DNA of 64,000 bases from Sedimentisphaeraceae bacterium JB056. Its GTDB lineage: Bacteria; Planctomycetota; Phycisphaerae; Sedimentisphaerales; Sedimentisphaeraceae. Position 1 is the stretch's first letter. Every line of letters begins with the position of its first letter. The notes below the pieces were generated by a model. The model was given only the letters and a program-made list of their open reading frames with translations, was not told the DNA's origin and did not search any database. Made by a program: the position numbers and the translations under genes. The stretch lies in NCBI GenBank assembly GCA_044440125.1, contig JBITAJ010000028.1, positions 160,001-224,000 of the forward strand, in the 5' to 3' direction. Positions 46,364-56,997 of the stretch are shown piece by piece.

Positions 46364-47530
46364 TCAAAATCCGAACATCTCATGAAGCCTCTGCATAAAG
46401 GCATCTTGAAATATCATAACAAGAAATACCGCTAAAGACAAGAACGGACCATACGGAATTTCTCTACTTTTTTTAGAAAACATACCTAACAAAGCCCACA
46501 TAAGACCGAAAAAAGGTGCTATGAAGAACGCCGTTGTTACTGCCGCAGCTCCGATTATAGCCCCTGCCGCGCCCATAAGGTGTACATCGCCAAGTCCCAT
46601 CGCTTCCCGGCCAAAGCTCAAAGTCCCTAATATACGGGTTATCCATACAGTTGCACAACCGATAAAATATCCGTAAAGGCTTCCTGTAAAAGACTTAACG
46701 TATATATTATCACAAAAACCATGCCAGGTCTGATTGTCCTTTAATACAAGGTAAGCCGCTAACGCCCCTGCTGCAACAGGAAGCAGAAAAATAATCTCTT
46801 TGAGCATCTCAACTCGATCATTGAATTCAGGCTCTTCAATATGCTTGTCTGTCTCATTCTCAAGTTGGTCTTCAATAGCCTCATCAAGTCCCTCGTAACT
46901 CTGACGCACCAGCCCCTTTTTAAGAAGAACAAGCGATGTCAGTAATCCGACAGCCGAGCCAACGGCAATTGCTGCCGTTTTTGCCGAAGCCAAAGGCACC
47001 CAAGCTGTAACGGCAAGTATATCAGGAGATACAAAATACCCTGAAATCGTTGAGAATACAACACCGGTAGCTGTGACAAACCAACAAAGCGACAATGGTA
47101 TTATCCATAATTCGAGATCAATAGCTGATGCAGCTATAAATGCCGCCACGAGTATGGCATGAGAAACATATATCCACCAATGACCGTCCAGAAAGGCCCT
47201 GATGCTGTTTTCACTTCCTACAAGTCTTGTATTGGCAACGAAATAGCAATAGAACAATCCTGCAAATGCAAACCCTGTTATTGCTTCGATTATTATATAG
47301 CGAGGAGATATCGCAATCTTACAATACCTGCACTTGCCCCTAAGCATTAACCAGGAAAGAATAGGTATATTAAGGTAAAAAGGTATCGATTTGCCGCAAC
47401 TTGGACAAAAGGATCTCGGCTTTGACAAAGACTTACCCCGCGGAAGCCTGTATATCACTACATTCAGAAAACTTCCTATACACGCTCCTATAAGAAAAGT
47501 ATAGGGTATAAGTATTGCCGCTAATTTCAT
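46364..47530 (-). CDS. pilD: Prepilin peptidase / N-methyltransferase (A24)
   Basis: GSFLNVVIYRLP, CPSC..CRYC, AIDL, MGLGDV, IPYGPFL. Confidence 0.9.
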   Translation of the reverse strand: MKLAAILIPYTFLIGACIGSFLNVVIYRLPRGKSLSKPRSFCPSCGKSIPFYLNIPILSWLMLRGKCRYCKIAISPRYIIIEAITGFAFAGLFYCYFVANTRLVGSENSIRAFLDGHWWIYVSHAILVAAFIAASAIDLELWIIPLSLCWFVTATGVVFSTISGYFVSPDILAVTAWVPLASAKTAAIAVGSAVGLLTSLVLLKKGLVRQSYEGLDEAIEDQLENETDKHIEEPEFNDRVEMLKEIIFLLPVAAGALAAYLVLKDNQTWHGFCDNIYVKSFTGSLYGYFIGCATVWITRILGTLSFGREAMGLGDVHLMGAAGAIIGAAAVTTAFFIAPFFGLMWALLGMFSKKSREIPYGPFLSLAVFLVMIFQDAFMQRLHEMFGF

Positions 47531-47591
47531 AATTCAGTCTAAAAAAATAGTACCCCCGAAAGAACTGTTATAAATCTCTCGGGAGTCTTGA

Positions 47592-48473
47592 TTACCATAT
47601 ATCAATCTCTGTTTGAAGTTCAATGCCGGTCTTTTGCTCGACTACTTCACATATATGTCCTACTAAAGCCAGGACATCATTACTTGAACAACCTTCATCA
47701 GCAACAATTATATTGGCATGCTTTTCACTGATCTTAGCCTTGCCCATTTCAAAGCCTTTAAGACCGACACGTTCAATTATCTCACCGGCACTCTGGCCCT
47801 GAGGATTCCTGAAAACACATCCGGCATTTCGTCTTGAAGAAGGCTGGTTATTCTTTTTATATATCCATATTTCTTTAATTCGTCTTAGCATACGATCCTG
47901 ATCGGCAGTATGAAGGTTAAATGTTGCGGAAATAATTATACCGCCTTCAAGTATATTCACACTCTTATAGCCGAAAGCCAGAACAGGACGCCTCTTTTCG
48001 AAAACGTTGCCCTGCTGATCCATTATCTTAACAGACTCAACAACCGAGCCTATATCACCAAAGCTGCCGCCGGAATTCATGCGTATTGCCCCGCCAACAG
48101 TTCCGGGCACACCCGTGAGCCCTTCCAAACCGCCCAATGAATGTCTTACACATTCGATAACCAGCTTGCTCAAATTAGAAGCGCCGCCGGCAGTGGCATT
48201 GTTACCATCAAAAGTTATTGTGGTAAAATCCGGGCTTTCAAGTTTTATTACCACTCCATTCACACCTTCATCACTTATGAGAAGGTTTGAACCATGCCCC
48301 ATGATATAAACGGGAAGTGAATTTTCAGAAGCTATTTTCATAACCTTTGAAAGCTCTTCAACCGTCCTTGGGGACGCAAAATAATCCGCATTTCCACCAA
48401 TACCATACCATGTATGATCTGCAAGCGGATAATCGGTCTTAACTATTTCATCTAAGCCATTGAATATATTCAT
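47592..48473 (-). CDS. murB: UDP-N-acetylmuramate dehydrogenase
   Basis: GIGGNA, G.GSNLL, PGTVGGAIRMN, AGCVFRNP, SEKHAN. Start MNIF overlaps the murC end. Confidence 0.95.
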   Translation of the reverse strand: MNIFNGLDEIVKTDYPLADHTWYGIGGNADYFASPRTVEELSKVMKIASENSLPVYIMGHGSNLLISDEGVNGVVIKLESPDFTTITFDGNNATAGGASNLSKLVIECVRHSLGGLEGLTGVPGTVGGAIRMNSGGSFGDIGSVVESVKIMDQQGNVFEKRRPVLAFGYKSVNILEGGIIISATFNLHTADQDRMLRRIKEIWIYKKNNQPSSRRNAGCVFRNPQGQSAGEIIERVGLKGFEMGKAKISEKHANIIVADEGCSSNDVLALVGHICEVVEQKTGIELQTEIDIW

Positions 48474-49869
48474 CTGCAACTTTCCAGATATCACCTGCGC
48501 CCATCGTAACGACTACATCGCCGCTATTGGCCGCTTCTTTTAAGTAATCACAAATCTTACTAAATCCATCAATAAAAACAGCGTCGCTTCCGGCCTGCTT
48601 AATACGCTCAACCAGAATACTCGCATTAACTTCTTGCCTCGACTCGATAGTATCGCGTACAAAATATATCTCCGGCACTATCGTAAGGTCAGCAAACTTA
48701 AAGCTTTCAGCAAAATCATCAAGCAAAAACCTTGTACGGCTATACTGATGGGGTTGAAAAACGCAAATTATCTTCGCGTTAGGATAACGCTCACGTACAG
48801 CTTTAAGGCTCGCCTTGATCTCTGTTGGGTGATGAGCGTAATCATCAAGTACCTTGATTCCGTTAGCCTCAGCCTTAACCATAAGCCGTCTGTCGGCTCC
48901 TGCAAAACTGCCTGCCACCTCAATTATTCTCTCGGTGCTGACACCCGCACAACTCGCTATAGTGGCTGCCGCCAGGCAATTATAGACATTGTGCATACCC
49001 GGAGTAGAAAGCTTGATTCTTCCTACCGCATAGCCCGCATAGCAAAGCTCAAAACTATGAAAACCATCATCAAGACGTATATCTCTTGCGGTATAATCCG
49101 CAGGATTATCAATACCAAATGTAACCCATTTCTCGGGTTTTCTTCCAAATTCGGCCAGTCTTCCTTCATAAGCAGTTTTAAGCTTATCAATATTCGCATC
49201 ATCGGCATTGGCTACAATTAGACCTCCGCTTTTGACACCGGAGAGGAACTCACTGAATGCACCGATTATATCATCAACATCTTTGTAATAATCAAGATGA
49301 TCTTCCTCAATGTTAAGCACTGCCGCTATTTGAGGACGGAGTTTTAGAAAACTTCTGTCGTACTCACATGCCTCAGCGATAAAGAACTCTCCATCACCAA
49401 CACCACTGGAACCCTCAAGCTGGGGAATATCCGCCCCAATTATATAGTTAGGACTCATACCCAAACGCCCAAGCACATAAGCTGCCCATCCGCTTGTACT
49501 GCTTTTACCATGAGTACCGGCAACAGCAACACCTCGGTAACAATCCATCAATGAGCCAAGCATATCCGCGTATTTCAAAACGCGGAATCCCTGTTCTCTT
49601 GCATATTTCAACTCTGGATTATCCTCGCTTATAGCCGCCGATATGACAACTGCCTCAATATCATCACCAAGGCGTTCTATCCACTGCTGCATATGTCCGC
49701 AACGGATATCTGCACCAAGCTTATTAAGACGGCTGATAACAAAACCGCCATTTTGATCAGAACCACTGATGCGAGCTCCATTCTTGAGCAGAACTTTAGC
49801 AAGCCCGCTCATCCCGATTCCACCGGCACCTATAAAGTGATACTGTTTATCTCTAAAATCAAATTTCAT
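48448..49869 (-). CDS. murC: UDP-N-acetylmuramate--L-alanine ligase
   Basis: HFIGAGGIGMSGLA, AGTHGKSST, EACEYD, DDYAHHPTE, FQPH, TMGAGD. Confidence 0.96.
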   Translation of the reverse strand: MKFDFRDKQYHFIGAGGIGMSGLAKVLLKNGARISGSDQNGGFVISRLNKLGADIRCGHMQQWIERLGDDIEAVVISAAISEDNPELKYAREQGFRVLKYADMLGSLMDCYRGVAVAGTHGKSSTSGWAAYVLGRLGMSPNYIIGADIPQLEGSSGVGDGEFFIAEACEYDRSFLKLRPQIAAVLNIEEDHLDYYKDVDDIIGAFSEFLSGVKSGGLIVANADDANIDKLKTAYEGRLAEFGRKPEKWVTFGIDNPADYTARDIRLDDGFHSFELCYAGYAVGRIKLSTPGMHNVYNCLAAATIASCAGVSTERIIEVAGSFAGADRRLMVKAEANGIKVLDDYAHHPTEIKASLKAVRERYPNAKIICVFQPHQYSRTRFLLDDFAESFKFADLTIVPEIYFVRDTIESRQEVNASILVERIKQAGSDAVFIDGFSKICDYLKEAANSGDVVVTMGAGDIWKVADEYIQWLR

Positions 49870-50125
49870 TGAGTCTTATCTAAAATTTATTACACATAAT
49901 GACAACGCCATATCGTTACCGGAAAACACCCCCGAAAAAGAGGCGCAAACCTACTGCATATAGGATATATTGAAGTCATTGTAATAGCAAGTCTTTTTTG
50001 ATTGATTCAAGTCAAAAGAATCACCTAAAGAATGATTAGTAGCTGATTTAAGAAAACAGAGCATTCAAACTTCAGATAAATTTCCAGTTCAAATGCTTAC
50101 GGAAACATCGAAGCTTGAGCCTGAA

Positions 50126-51160
50126 CTATTCTACCTTGCGGGGAAAACGAAATTTACCTGTCAGGATATTGAATGATATATTGATGTACTTATCAAGAAA
50201 TACAGCACCTAAGAGAGTGAAAATAAACACAACAGCAGCTAATAAAATTGAAAACATCTCAAATCTATTCTGAGTCTTAAAAACAATCTCAAACAATTTT
50301 GACAGTATCTTTATTAAAGGCATGTGAAAAAGGTATATAAAGAGTGAATATTTGCGGCCAAGTTCAGAAGCCAAGCTCACACCAAAACCATCTTTGACAT
50401 TATAAGAGACTGCAAACAAAGAGATTACAACGAATGGCAAAAACATATACATCTGCAGATACAACGCTTTTGCAGCTCCGCCATGAAAGCCGATTTCGAC
50501 AACAAGCAAAACCAATGTCGCGATAAAGAACAGTAAAGAAGTCTTAAGATCGGTATAAGCAGAAAGTTTCTCCTCATTAACGGCAAGAATCATGCCGCAA
50601 TACATGAAAGCAACAGCCCAGAGGTTTCTTACCACGGCATAAAAGACCATATGTGCCCAGCTTTGAGACCGCAAAACCCCAAAATCTTCAAAACAGATAG
50701 TCATGCAAATTACGACAAAAGATAATATCCCAAGCCATTTGTAAGGATTTGAGGTGAATCTTTTAATTAGACCGATTATAAGGTATCCAAGTATCATCGA
50801 ATGAAGAAACCATAAATGTACCGAGAACCCTTCAACAAGAAATTGTATTATGGAGGAAGGAATCTGATGCGTTGCCAAGGCCCAGAAAAAATAAAACAGA
50901 TTAGCAACAACCGTTATTTTCAGGACATTAACTATCCTCTTTACAGTATCGGCATGAGATCGGTAACTTCTTTCATAGAAAAAGCCAGCCACAACAAAAA
51001 AGAATGGAACGGCAAACCGTGAAAAACACCTGAAATATTCTAATCCTGTACCAAGGCCTTCTGGATTTATATGAAGAAGTATAACACAAAAAGCTCCAAG
51101 AAGACGAACTGCATCTATACCGGAAAGCCTTCTCTTTTGTTTCTCAATAACATTTGCCAT
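50126..51160 (-). CDS. Acyltransferase-3 family membrane protein
   Basis: RLSGIDAVR..VILLH, RFAVPFFF..G, HLWFL, SLFIYLFH. Confidence 0.85.
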   Translation of the reverse strand: MANVIEKQKRRLSGIDAVRLLGAFCVILLHINPEGLGTGLEYFRCFSRFAVPFFFVVAGFFYERSYRSHADTVKRIVNVLKITVVANLFYFFWALATHQIPSSIIQFLVEGFSVHLWFLHSMILGYLIIGLIKRFTSNPYKWLGILSFVVICMTICFEDFGVLRSQSWAHMVFYAVVRNLWAVAFMYCGMILAVNEEKLSAYTDLKTSLLFFIATLVLLVVEIGFHGGAAKALYLQMYMFLPFVVISLFAVSYNVKDGFGVSLASELGRKYSLFIYLFHMPLIKILSKLFEIVFKTQNRFEMFSILLAAVVFIFTLLGAVFLDKYINISFNILTGKFRFPRKVE

Positions 51161-51162
51161 TA

Positions 51163-53448
51163 TTACTTGCCGCTTAGATGTTTTTTGAGCAGCCGCTGCA
51201 TATCATTATATCTTACAGGCTTCGGTAAATAATCGTCACAACCCGCTTTTATGCACTTCTCATCATCACCTTTCATTGCATTTGCAGTAAGAGCCACTAT
51301 AGGTATATTTATCTTGTTTTTTCTAATAATACCCGTCGCTTCATAGCCGTTCATCTTAGGCATCTGTATATCCATAAAGATGATATCATAATTTCGGCTG
51401 AGTGTTTTTTGAACTGCTTCACTTCCATTCTCGACAATTGTAACATTAAGCCCAAACTTCTCAAGGAGTCTTTTAATAAAAACCTGATTGGTTCTCGCAT
51501 CTTCAGCAACCAAGGCTTCACCTTCAAAGCTATATGACAATTCATCTTTCTCTGAATCTTCCGATTCGAACTCGACACATCTGCTCTTTGGCAATGTCTC
51601 TGAAAGATAGTCACCAACAGGTATCGTAAAACTGAAAACCGAACCTTTTCCCTCAACGCTTCGCAAAGTCAGGCTTCCTCCCAAAAGTTCCGCAAGCTCC
51701 TTTGTGATTGCAAGTCCAAGCCCGGTACCTCCAAATTGTCTCGTAGTGCTCCCATCAACCTGCCTGAAAGGTTCAAATATAACCTGCTGTTTGTCCTTAG
51801 AGATGCCTATACCTGTATCTTCCACGTCAAACCGCACAAAATTCTCATCATCAACACTGACCTTAGAAGCCTTAAGCTGAACGTATCCTTTGGAGGTAAA
51901 CTTAACGGCATTACCGACAAGATTTATCAAACACTGATTCAGTCTGGTAGGATCGGTATATATGAAAGGCGGCAGGTCATCTGATTTTATAATTTTGAAA
52001 CCAAGTTTCTTCTCAGTGAATTTCGGCCTCATCAGAGTTTCAACAGAATAAAGTATCTTATCAACGGAATACTCAACGATTTCTGCATCAATCTCTCCTG
52101 CCTCGATCTTTGAAAAGTCCAGAATATCATCAATCAACTTCAGGAGTATATTGCTCGACTCAATAATTATCCCAACATCATGTTTCTGGGCATCTGTCAA
52201 ACTTTCATTGGAAAGAAAACTGCTGAAACCGATAATTGCGTTCATAGGTGTACGTATTTCATGACTCATATTAGCAAGAAATTGACTTTTAGCAATATTT
52301 GCGGCTTCGGCCTTCGCAGCCATCTCATTTGCAAACATAGTCTGTATCTCAAGATATCGATTGACATCCTCAGCTCTCTCCATAGCATCAACAAGCTCTC
52401 TCTTTGCAGCTTTGCTGGCTGTCACATCGGCGGCAATACTCATTACAAGAGCACGTCCATCGGGTAACTTACCCAAAGGCACGGAATGAAATTCCCATAT
52501 AAGAATATCCCCGCTTTTGGTTCTTACTTCAAATTCGCCTTCCTTTTGTTGATACTGAATCTGGTACAAATTCCTAACGTATGACTTCATACGATTTACA
52601 TCAGTAGTAGGCGAAGTTTTTTCAAGCCAATCATCTATATTTTCAATCTCGCTTTGATCATAACCTGTCAGATCGGTACAGGCCTTACTCAAATTAAGTA
52701 TTTCCCCGCCCTCAGCATGAATAATTATAGGAAACGGAGCATCTGTGACAGCAAGCTTGAAGTGTTCTTCACTTTCCTTCAACTCATCCCTTGCCTGTTT
52801 TCTTTCCGCTATCTCATCTTTAAGCTTATTATTCGTCTCAATAAGACGGCAGTTGTATTCCGCTATCTCTTTTTCTACCTGATTTTTTCTCTCCTGATCT
52901 TTCAGCATCATTCCAAGTAAAACGGTACCAATCGGGAAAAGTATGATGACGGGAATGGCAATATCCTTATAAACCATTATCGCTATATCAGAAGGAAGCA
53001 AAACCATCATACCAAGCATAACTAAGTGTATTATCAGCCCGAAAACATATAGATAACGGACATCTGTAAGATATGAACGTCTTCTTTTTAGGTAATAGAA
53101 TATTATGCCAATTCCTGATGAACTCAGAATTACAGAAACCCCCATTAATACTCCCGCTCCACCACAAAACAGCCTATACGAAGCAGCCGAGACAGCAGCC
53201 ATTAAAGCAACCAAAGGACCACAGAAAAGGCCTGCTATTCCAAGTAAAACTGAACGGCAGTCAAACACCACTCCACTGGTGAATTTATAAGAATTGAACA
53301 TTACTGCCAAAGTTGCTACGGAGAAGAAGACCCCAAGCAGAATTTTCTTCAAGAGCTTATTCTGCTTATTTTTACCAAGCAAAAAACCGTAAAGGAGGCT
53401 TATTGCAAGCATAACCGCAAGATTATTCGCCAAAAAAGTAAATACCAT
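51163..53448 (-). CDS. Hybrid sensor histidine kinase (5TM-LYT-type sensor, PAS, HisKA, HATPase, REC)
   Basis: GVVFDCR..TM block; KSQFLANMSHEIRTPMN; NLVGNAVKFT; DTGIG; GGTGLGL; FMDIQMPKMNG. Confidence 0.93.
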   Translation of the reverse strand: MVFTFLANNLAVMLAISLLYGFLLGKNKQNKLLKKILLGVFFSVATLAVMFNSYKFTSGVVFDCRSVLLGIAGLFCGPLVALMAAVSAASYRLFCGGAGVLMGVSVILSSSGIGIIFYYLKRRRSYLTDVRYLYVFGLIIHLVMLGMMVLLPSDIAIMVYKDIAIPVIILFPIGTVLLGMMLKDQERKNQVEKEIAEYNCRLIETNNKLKDEIAERKQARDELKESEEHFKLAVTDAPFPIIIHAEGGEILNLSKACTDLTGYDQSEIENIDDWLEKTSPTTDVNRMKSYVRNLYQIQYQQKEGEFEVRTKSGDILIWEFHSVPLGKLPDGRALVMSIAADVTASKAAKRELVDAMERAEDVNRYLEIQTMFANEMAAKAEAANIAKSQFLANMSHEIRTPMNAIIGFSSFLSNESLTDAQKHDVGIIIESSNILLKLIDDILDFSKIEAGEIDAEIVEYSVDKILYSVETLMRPKFTEKKLGFKIIKSDDLPPFIYTDPTRLNQCLINLVGNAVKFTSKGYVQLKASKVSVDDENFVRFDVEDTGIGISKDKQQVIFEPFRQVDGSTTRQFGGTGLGLAITKELAELLGGSLTLRSVEGKGSVFSFTIPVGDYLSETLPKSRCVEFESEDSEKDELSYSFEGEALVAEDARTNQVFIKRLLEKFGLNVTIVENGSEAVQKTLSRNYDIIFMDIQMPKMNGYEATGIIRKNKINIPIVALTANAMKGDDEKCIKAGCDDYLPKPVRYNDMQRLLKKHLSGK

Positions 53449-53673
53449 TATGTAATTCTCTCTGAAAGCAACTCAAACCTTCAAAAAACGCACCATTATA
53501 ATACTGGTATTTATGACAAAAGGCTTATTATATGATCTTCAATATCTAAGCACTAATATCTACCATACAAATCCTCGCAGCCCCAAAATCATCCTATTAT
53601 TCTTGTTTTCAACAGCTTTAGTATAGTATTTTATATTCGGGATGTCAATTAGAATTAGATATGCGCAAAACAA

Positions 53674-53724
53674 AGTCTGTGTTTTAAGTTAAACCCCACT
53701 GGAGATCAAGCTAAAACACAGACT
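53674..53724 (-). terminator. Inverted repeat downstream of the DUF3795 gene
   Basis: AGTCTGTGTTTTA-N25-TAAAACACAGACT. Confidence 0.55.
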
Positions 53725-53758
53725 AAAATAAAACTAAAACAAAATTCGTCGTATATCT

Positions 53759-54109
53759 TTACAAAATTCTGCTGTGAAGATTCTCAAGGTTGGATTTGGC
53801 TTCAGGAGCTGTTTCAAGCATGCTTTTTTCCTCGCTGCATGGATATTCTTCACATTCTATGCAGGAATCTATTGCCTTTTTTAAACAACAGTAACGAACT
53901 TTACAGTCATTCTTGCAATGAACAGACCTGCGTCCTCCGCCCTTACATCCATCGCACAGAACCTGCTCAGGATCAATGCTTTCACGAAATTGAGCAGACC
54001 ATTTCTCTGCAACAGCTTTCAATTTCTCGATATCTTCCTTCTTTGTCGCCTGATAGGCTTCGCATTCGCTGCAATCCAAGCCGCAATACGCTATCATTCT
54101 CTGATCCAT
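53759..54109 (-). CDS. DUF3795-type Cys-rich protein
   Basis: IAYCGLDCSEC..CDGC..C.VRYC..CIECEEYPC. Confidence 0.85.
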   Translation of the reverse strand: MDQRMIAYCGLDCSECEAYQATKKEDIEKLKAVAEKWSAQFRESIDPEQVLCDGCKGGGRRSVHCKNDCKVRYCCLKKAIDSCIECEEYPCSEEKSMLETAPEAKSNLENLHSRIL

Positions 54110-54492
54110 ACAAAGTACTCCCTTAACAGATTTATAAAATTAAGCTAACCCGCACTCAAATCAACATGAACAATAAAGCTGAAAAGCTCAAAATTGCCCT
54201 TTCATATCTGTTCGTTTTAATACAAAACAAACATAATTAAATTCATCAAGCACGTACGTTCAGTCCATTTTTATCTAAAAGGCAGTAAGCAAAGCAACAA
54301 CATAAAATCTTGTCATTACTCCACATACACTCTCAAAAACACGGTCCTGGTGCTATTAACACCCAAATTTGACCTATTTTAATCTTACTAAATAAAAAAA
54401 TAATGTCAAGAAATAACCCCAAACAACTACCTATAAAGCAGTTAAGCAATGCAAAACTTATAAGTAAATCACTTTTTGGAAACAGTATAAAC

Positions 54493-54520
54493 TTGCCAAA
54501 AATACGTTTTTGTTTATAAT
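54493..54520 (+). promoter_or_regulatory. Sigma70-like promoter of iorAB
   Basis: TTGCCA-N16-TATAAT about 60 nt before the TTG start (CAGGAG RBS). Confidence 0.55.
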
Positions 54521-54579
54521 CTCAATCGGTCAAATAAATATAAATTGAGATCTGACAACCTTAATACAGGAGTAAGACC

Positions 54580-56340
54580 TTGGCAGAATTATTATCAGGA
54601 AATCAGGCGATCGCCCGCGGCACTTACGAAGCCGGAGTAACGGTTGCGGTCGGCTATCCGGGTACTCCTTCAACGGAGATACTCGAAAATGTCGTCAAGT
54701 ATAAAGACGATATATATTGTGAATGGTCACCAAACGAGAAAGTTGCTTTTGAAGTAGCTGCCTCTGCGGCAATGGCAGGCGCCCGTGCTATAGTAACAAT
54801 GAAGCATGTCGGCCTCAATGTAGCCGCTGACCCGCTTATGACACTTGCTTATATCGGAGTTGAAGGCGGACTGGTTATTTGCGTGGCAGATGATCCGGGA
54901 ATGCACTCTTCTCAGAACGAGCAGGACACACGCAATTACGCTAAATTCGCGAGAATTCCAATCTTCGAACCAGCTGACAGTCAGGAAGCTAAAGACTTTA
55001 TGGCCATCGCACTTGATGTATCAGAGAAGTTCCAGACACCGGTAATCCTCCGCTCAACAACACGCGTAAGTCACTCACGTTCTCTCGTAGAATTCAAAGA
55101 CAGAAGAGAGACCAACAAAGTAGGATTTGAGAAGAATCCGCCACGTTTCGTACCTGTTCCTGTATGGGGCAGAGAGATGCGTAAGAAAGTTGAAAAGCGA
55201 TATTACGATTTGGCTGAAGCTTCGGTCAAGAGCCCTGCAAATAGAATCGAATGGGCCGATAAGAAACTCGGCATCATCGCTTGCGGCATAACATATCAGT
55301 ATGTAAAGGAAGTATGGCCACAGGCTTCTGTTCTCAAGCTTGGGTTCGCTTATCCATGGCCTGATGAACTGCTTAAGGAATTCGCCGCAGGAGTTGAAAA
55401 GCTCCTCGTAGTCGAAGAGCTCGACAATCTACTTGAAGAGCATCTTAAAGTAATGGGCATAGACTGCATAGGACGTGAAGTAGTTCCGGGCATCGGAGAG
55501 CTAAGCGCAACAACACTCGCTGCCTCAAGAGCCAAACTTGACGGCACAGAGCCTTGCGAGAGCTGCTACCAGAACATGGCCGCAGAACTGCCGGGCAGAC
55601 CGCCGGTATTGTGTGCAGGCTGCCCTCACAGAGGTATATTCTACGCCCTCAAGAAACATGATGTTGTAGTAGCCGGTGATATCGGATGTTACAGCCTCGG
55701 TGCTTTCAAGCCACTCGAAAGACTTGACATTATCCTTTGTATGGGCGGCGGCGTTTCAATGGCACAAGGCCTTGACAAAGCCGGTGAGCCTAAGAAAGTG
55801 GTAGGTATCGTTGGCGATTCTACATTCTTCCACTCAGGAATCACAGGGCTCCTTGACATTGCCTACAACAAAGGCAAGTCAACAATAATCGTAGTTGACA
55901 ACAGAACAACAGCTATGACAGGCCATCAGGACCACCCTGGAACCGGCATGACGCTTATGGGTGAAACTACTATTACTGCTTCTATTGAAGAAATAGGAAA
56001 AGCCTGCGGCATCAAGCGAGTCAAAGTTGTAGATCCTTACGACCAGGAAACCACACAGAAGGTCATAACCGAAGAGCTTAACACCGATGAGCCAAGTCTT
56101 ATCGTGTCAAAAGCACCTTGCATACTTAAAGAGCGCAAGGCTGTAGGACCAAAGGTCAAAATAGAACAGGAGCTTTGCAAAAACTGCAAGGCCTGTCTAA
56201 AACTCGGCTGCCCTGCTATTGAAAGCAGCGGAGGCGAAAAACCCAAGGTCAGCCAGATGCTTTGCGAAGGTTGTTCGCTATGTGAACAAGTATGTAAATT
56301 TGGAGCCATAACAGCAACAGGAGCAGACGATGAGCAATAA
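54580..56340 (+). CDS. iorA: Indolepyruvate ferredoxin oxidoreductase alpha subunit
   Basis: GYPGTPSTE, NEKVA.E, MKHVGLNVAAD, SSQNEQD, RPPVLCAGCPHR, GDSTFFHSG and a C-terminal 2x[4Fe-4S] domain. Confidence 0.95.
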   Translation: MAELLSGNQAIARGTYEAGVTVAVGYPGTPSTEILENVVKYKDDIYCEWSPNEKVAFEVAASAAMAGARAIVTMKHVGLNVAADPLMTLAYIGVEGGLVICVADDPGMHSSQNEQDTRNYAKFARIPIFEPADSQEAKDFMAIALDVSEKFQTPVILRSTTRVSHSRSLVEFKDRRETNKVGFEKNPPRFVPVPVWGREMRKKVEKRYYDLAEASVKSPANRIEWADKKLGIIACGITYQYVKEVWPQASVLKLGFAYPWPDELLKEFAAGVEKLLVVEELDNLLEEHLKVMGIDCIGREVVPGIGELSATTLAASRAKLDGTEPCESCYQNMAAELPGRPPVLCAGCPHRGIFYALKKHDVVVAGDIGCYSLGAFKPLERLDIILCMGGGVSMAQGLDKAGEPKKVVGIVGDSTFFHSGITGLLDIAYNKGKSTIIVVDNRTTAMTGHQDHPGTGMTLMGETTITASIEEIGKACGIKRVKVVDPYDQETTQKVITEELNTDEPSLIVSKAPCILKERKAVGPKVKIEQELCKNCKACLKLGCPAIESSGGEKPKVSQMLCEGCSLCEQVCKFGAITATGADDEQ

Positions 56341-56908
56341 AACAACAAGCGTAGTTCTTGCGGGTGTAGGCGGACAAGGCATACTTCTCGCAAGTGAAAT
56401 AGTCGCTCAGGCGGCAAAGATATCCGGTTTCGATGTAAAAACCAATGAAGTACACGGTATGGCACAGCGAGGCGGATCCGTTATCGCACAGATTCGTTAT
56501 GGCGAAAAAGTTTACAGCCCGCTTGTGGCCAAAGGTGAAGCAGTAGTTCTTGGTGCTCTCGAAAGAATCGAAGCACTCAGATACGCTGATTATCTTGCAA
56601 AAGACGGCCTTGTAGCAGTCAACAGCCAGCAAATGGTACCGGTTACTGTATCAATGGGACTTGCAGAATACCCCGATAATGCGGAAGAGCTTCTCAGGGA
56701 AAAATTCAGCAATCTTATCTACATAGATGCCGGCAAGATAGCCGAATGTCTTGGCACAGTTAAAGCGGCCAATGTCGTTCTACTTGGCGCTCTTTCAAAA
56801 GGCCTCGATCTTTCACTCGATGCCTGGAAAGAAGCAATAGCTATCAGCGTAAAGCCTAAATTCAAAGACCTGAATATCAAGGCCTTTGATGCCGGACGCG
56901 ATGCATAA
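56330..56908 (+). CDS. iorB: Indolepyruvate ferredoxin oxidoreductase beta subunit
   Basis: GVGGQG, EVHGMAQRGGSV, NVVLLGA. Confidence 0.95.
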   Translation: MSNKTTSVVLAGVGGQGILLASEIVAQAAKISGFDVKTNEVHGMAQRGGSVIAQIRYGEKVYSPLVAKGEAVVLGALERIEALRYADYLAKDGLVAVNSQQMVPVTVSMGLAEYPDNAEELLREKFSNLIYIDAGKIAECLGTVKAANVVLLGALSKGLDLSLDAWKEAIAISVKPKFKDLNIKAFDAGRDA

Positions 56909-56922
56909 AATAACGAAATAAA

Positions 56923-56990
56923 AGGCATAAGGCATTAGGTGAGAGTCAAAAGGCGAAAGCCTGCCTAATGCCTATTGCCTAATGCCTAAT
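56923..56990. repeat. Heptamer tandem array arranged as an inverted repeat
   Basis: AGGCATA AGGCATT AGGTGAG .. AGGC-GAAA-GCC TGCCTAA TGCCTAT TGCCTAA TGCCTAA. Confidence 0.8.
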
Positions 56991-56997
56991 ATATGAA

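Noticed and set aside
48634..49221. 195-aa plus-strand ORF
   Set aside because: Antisense to murC.
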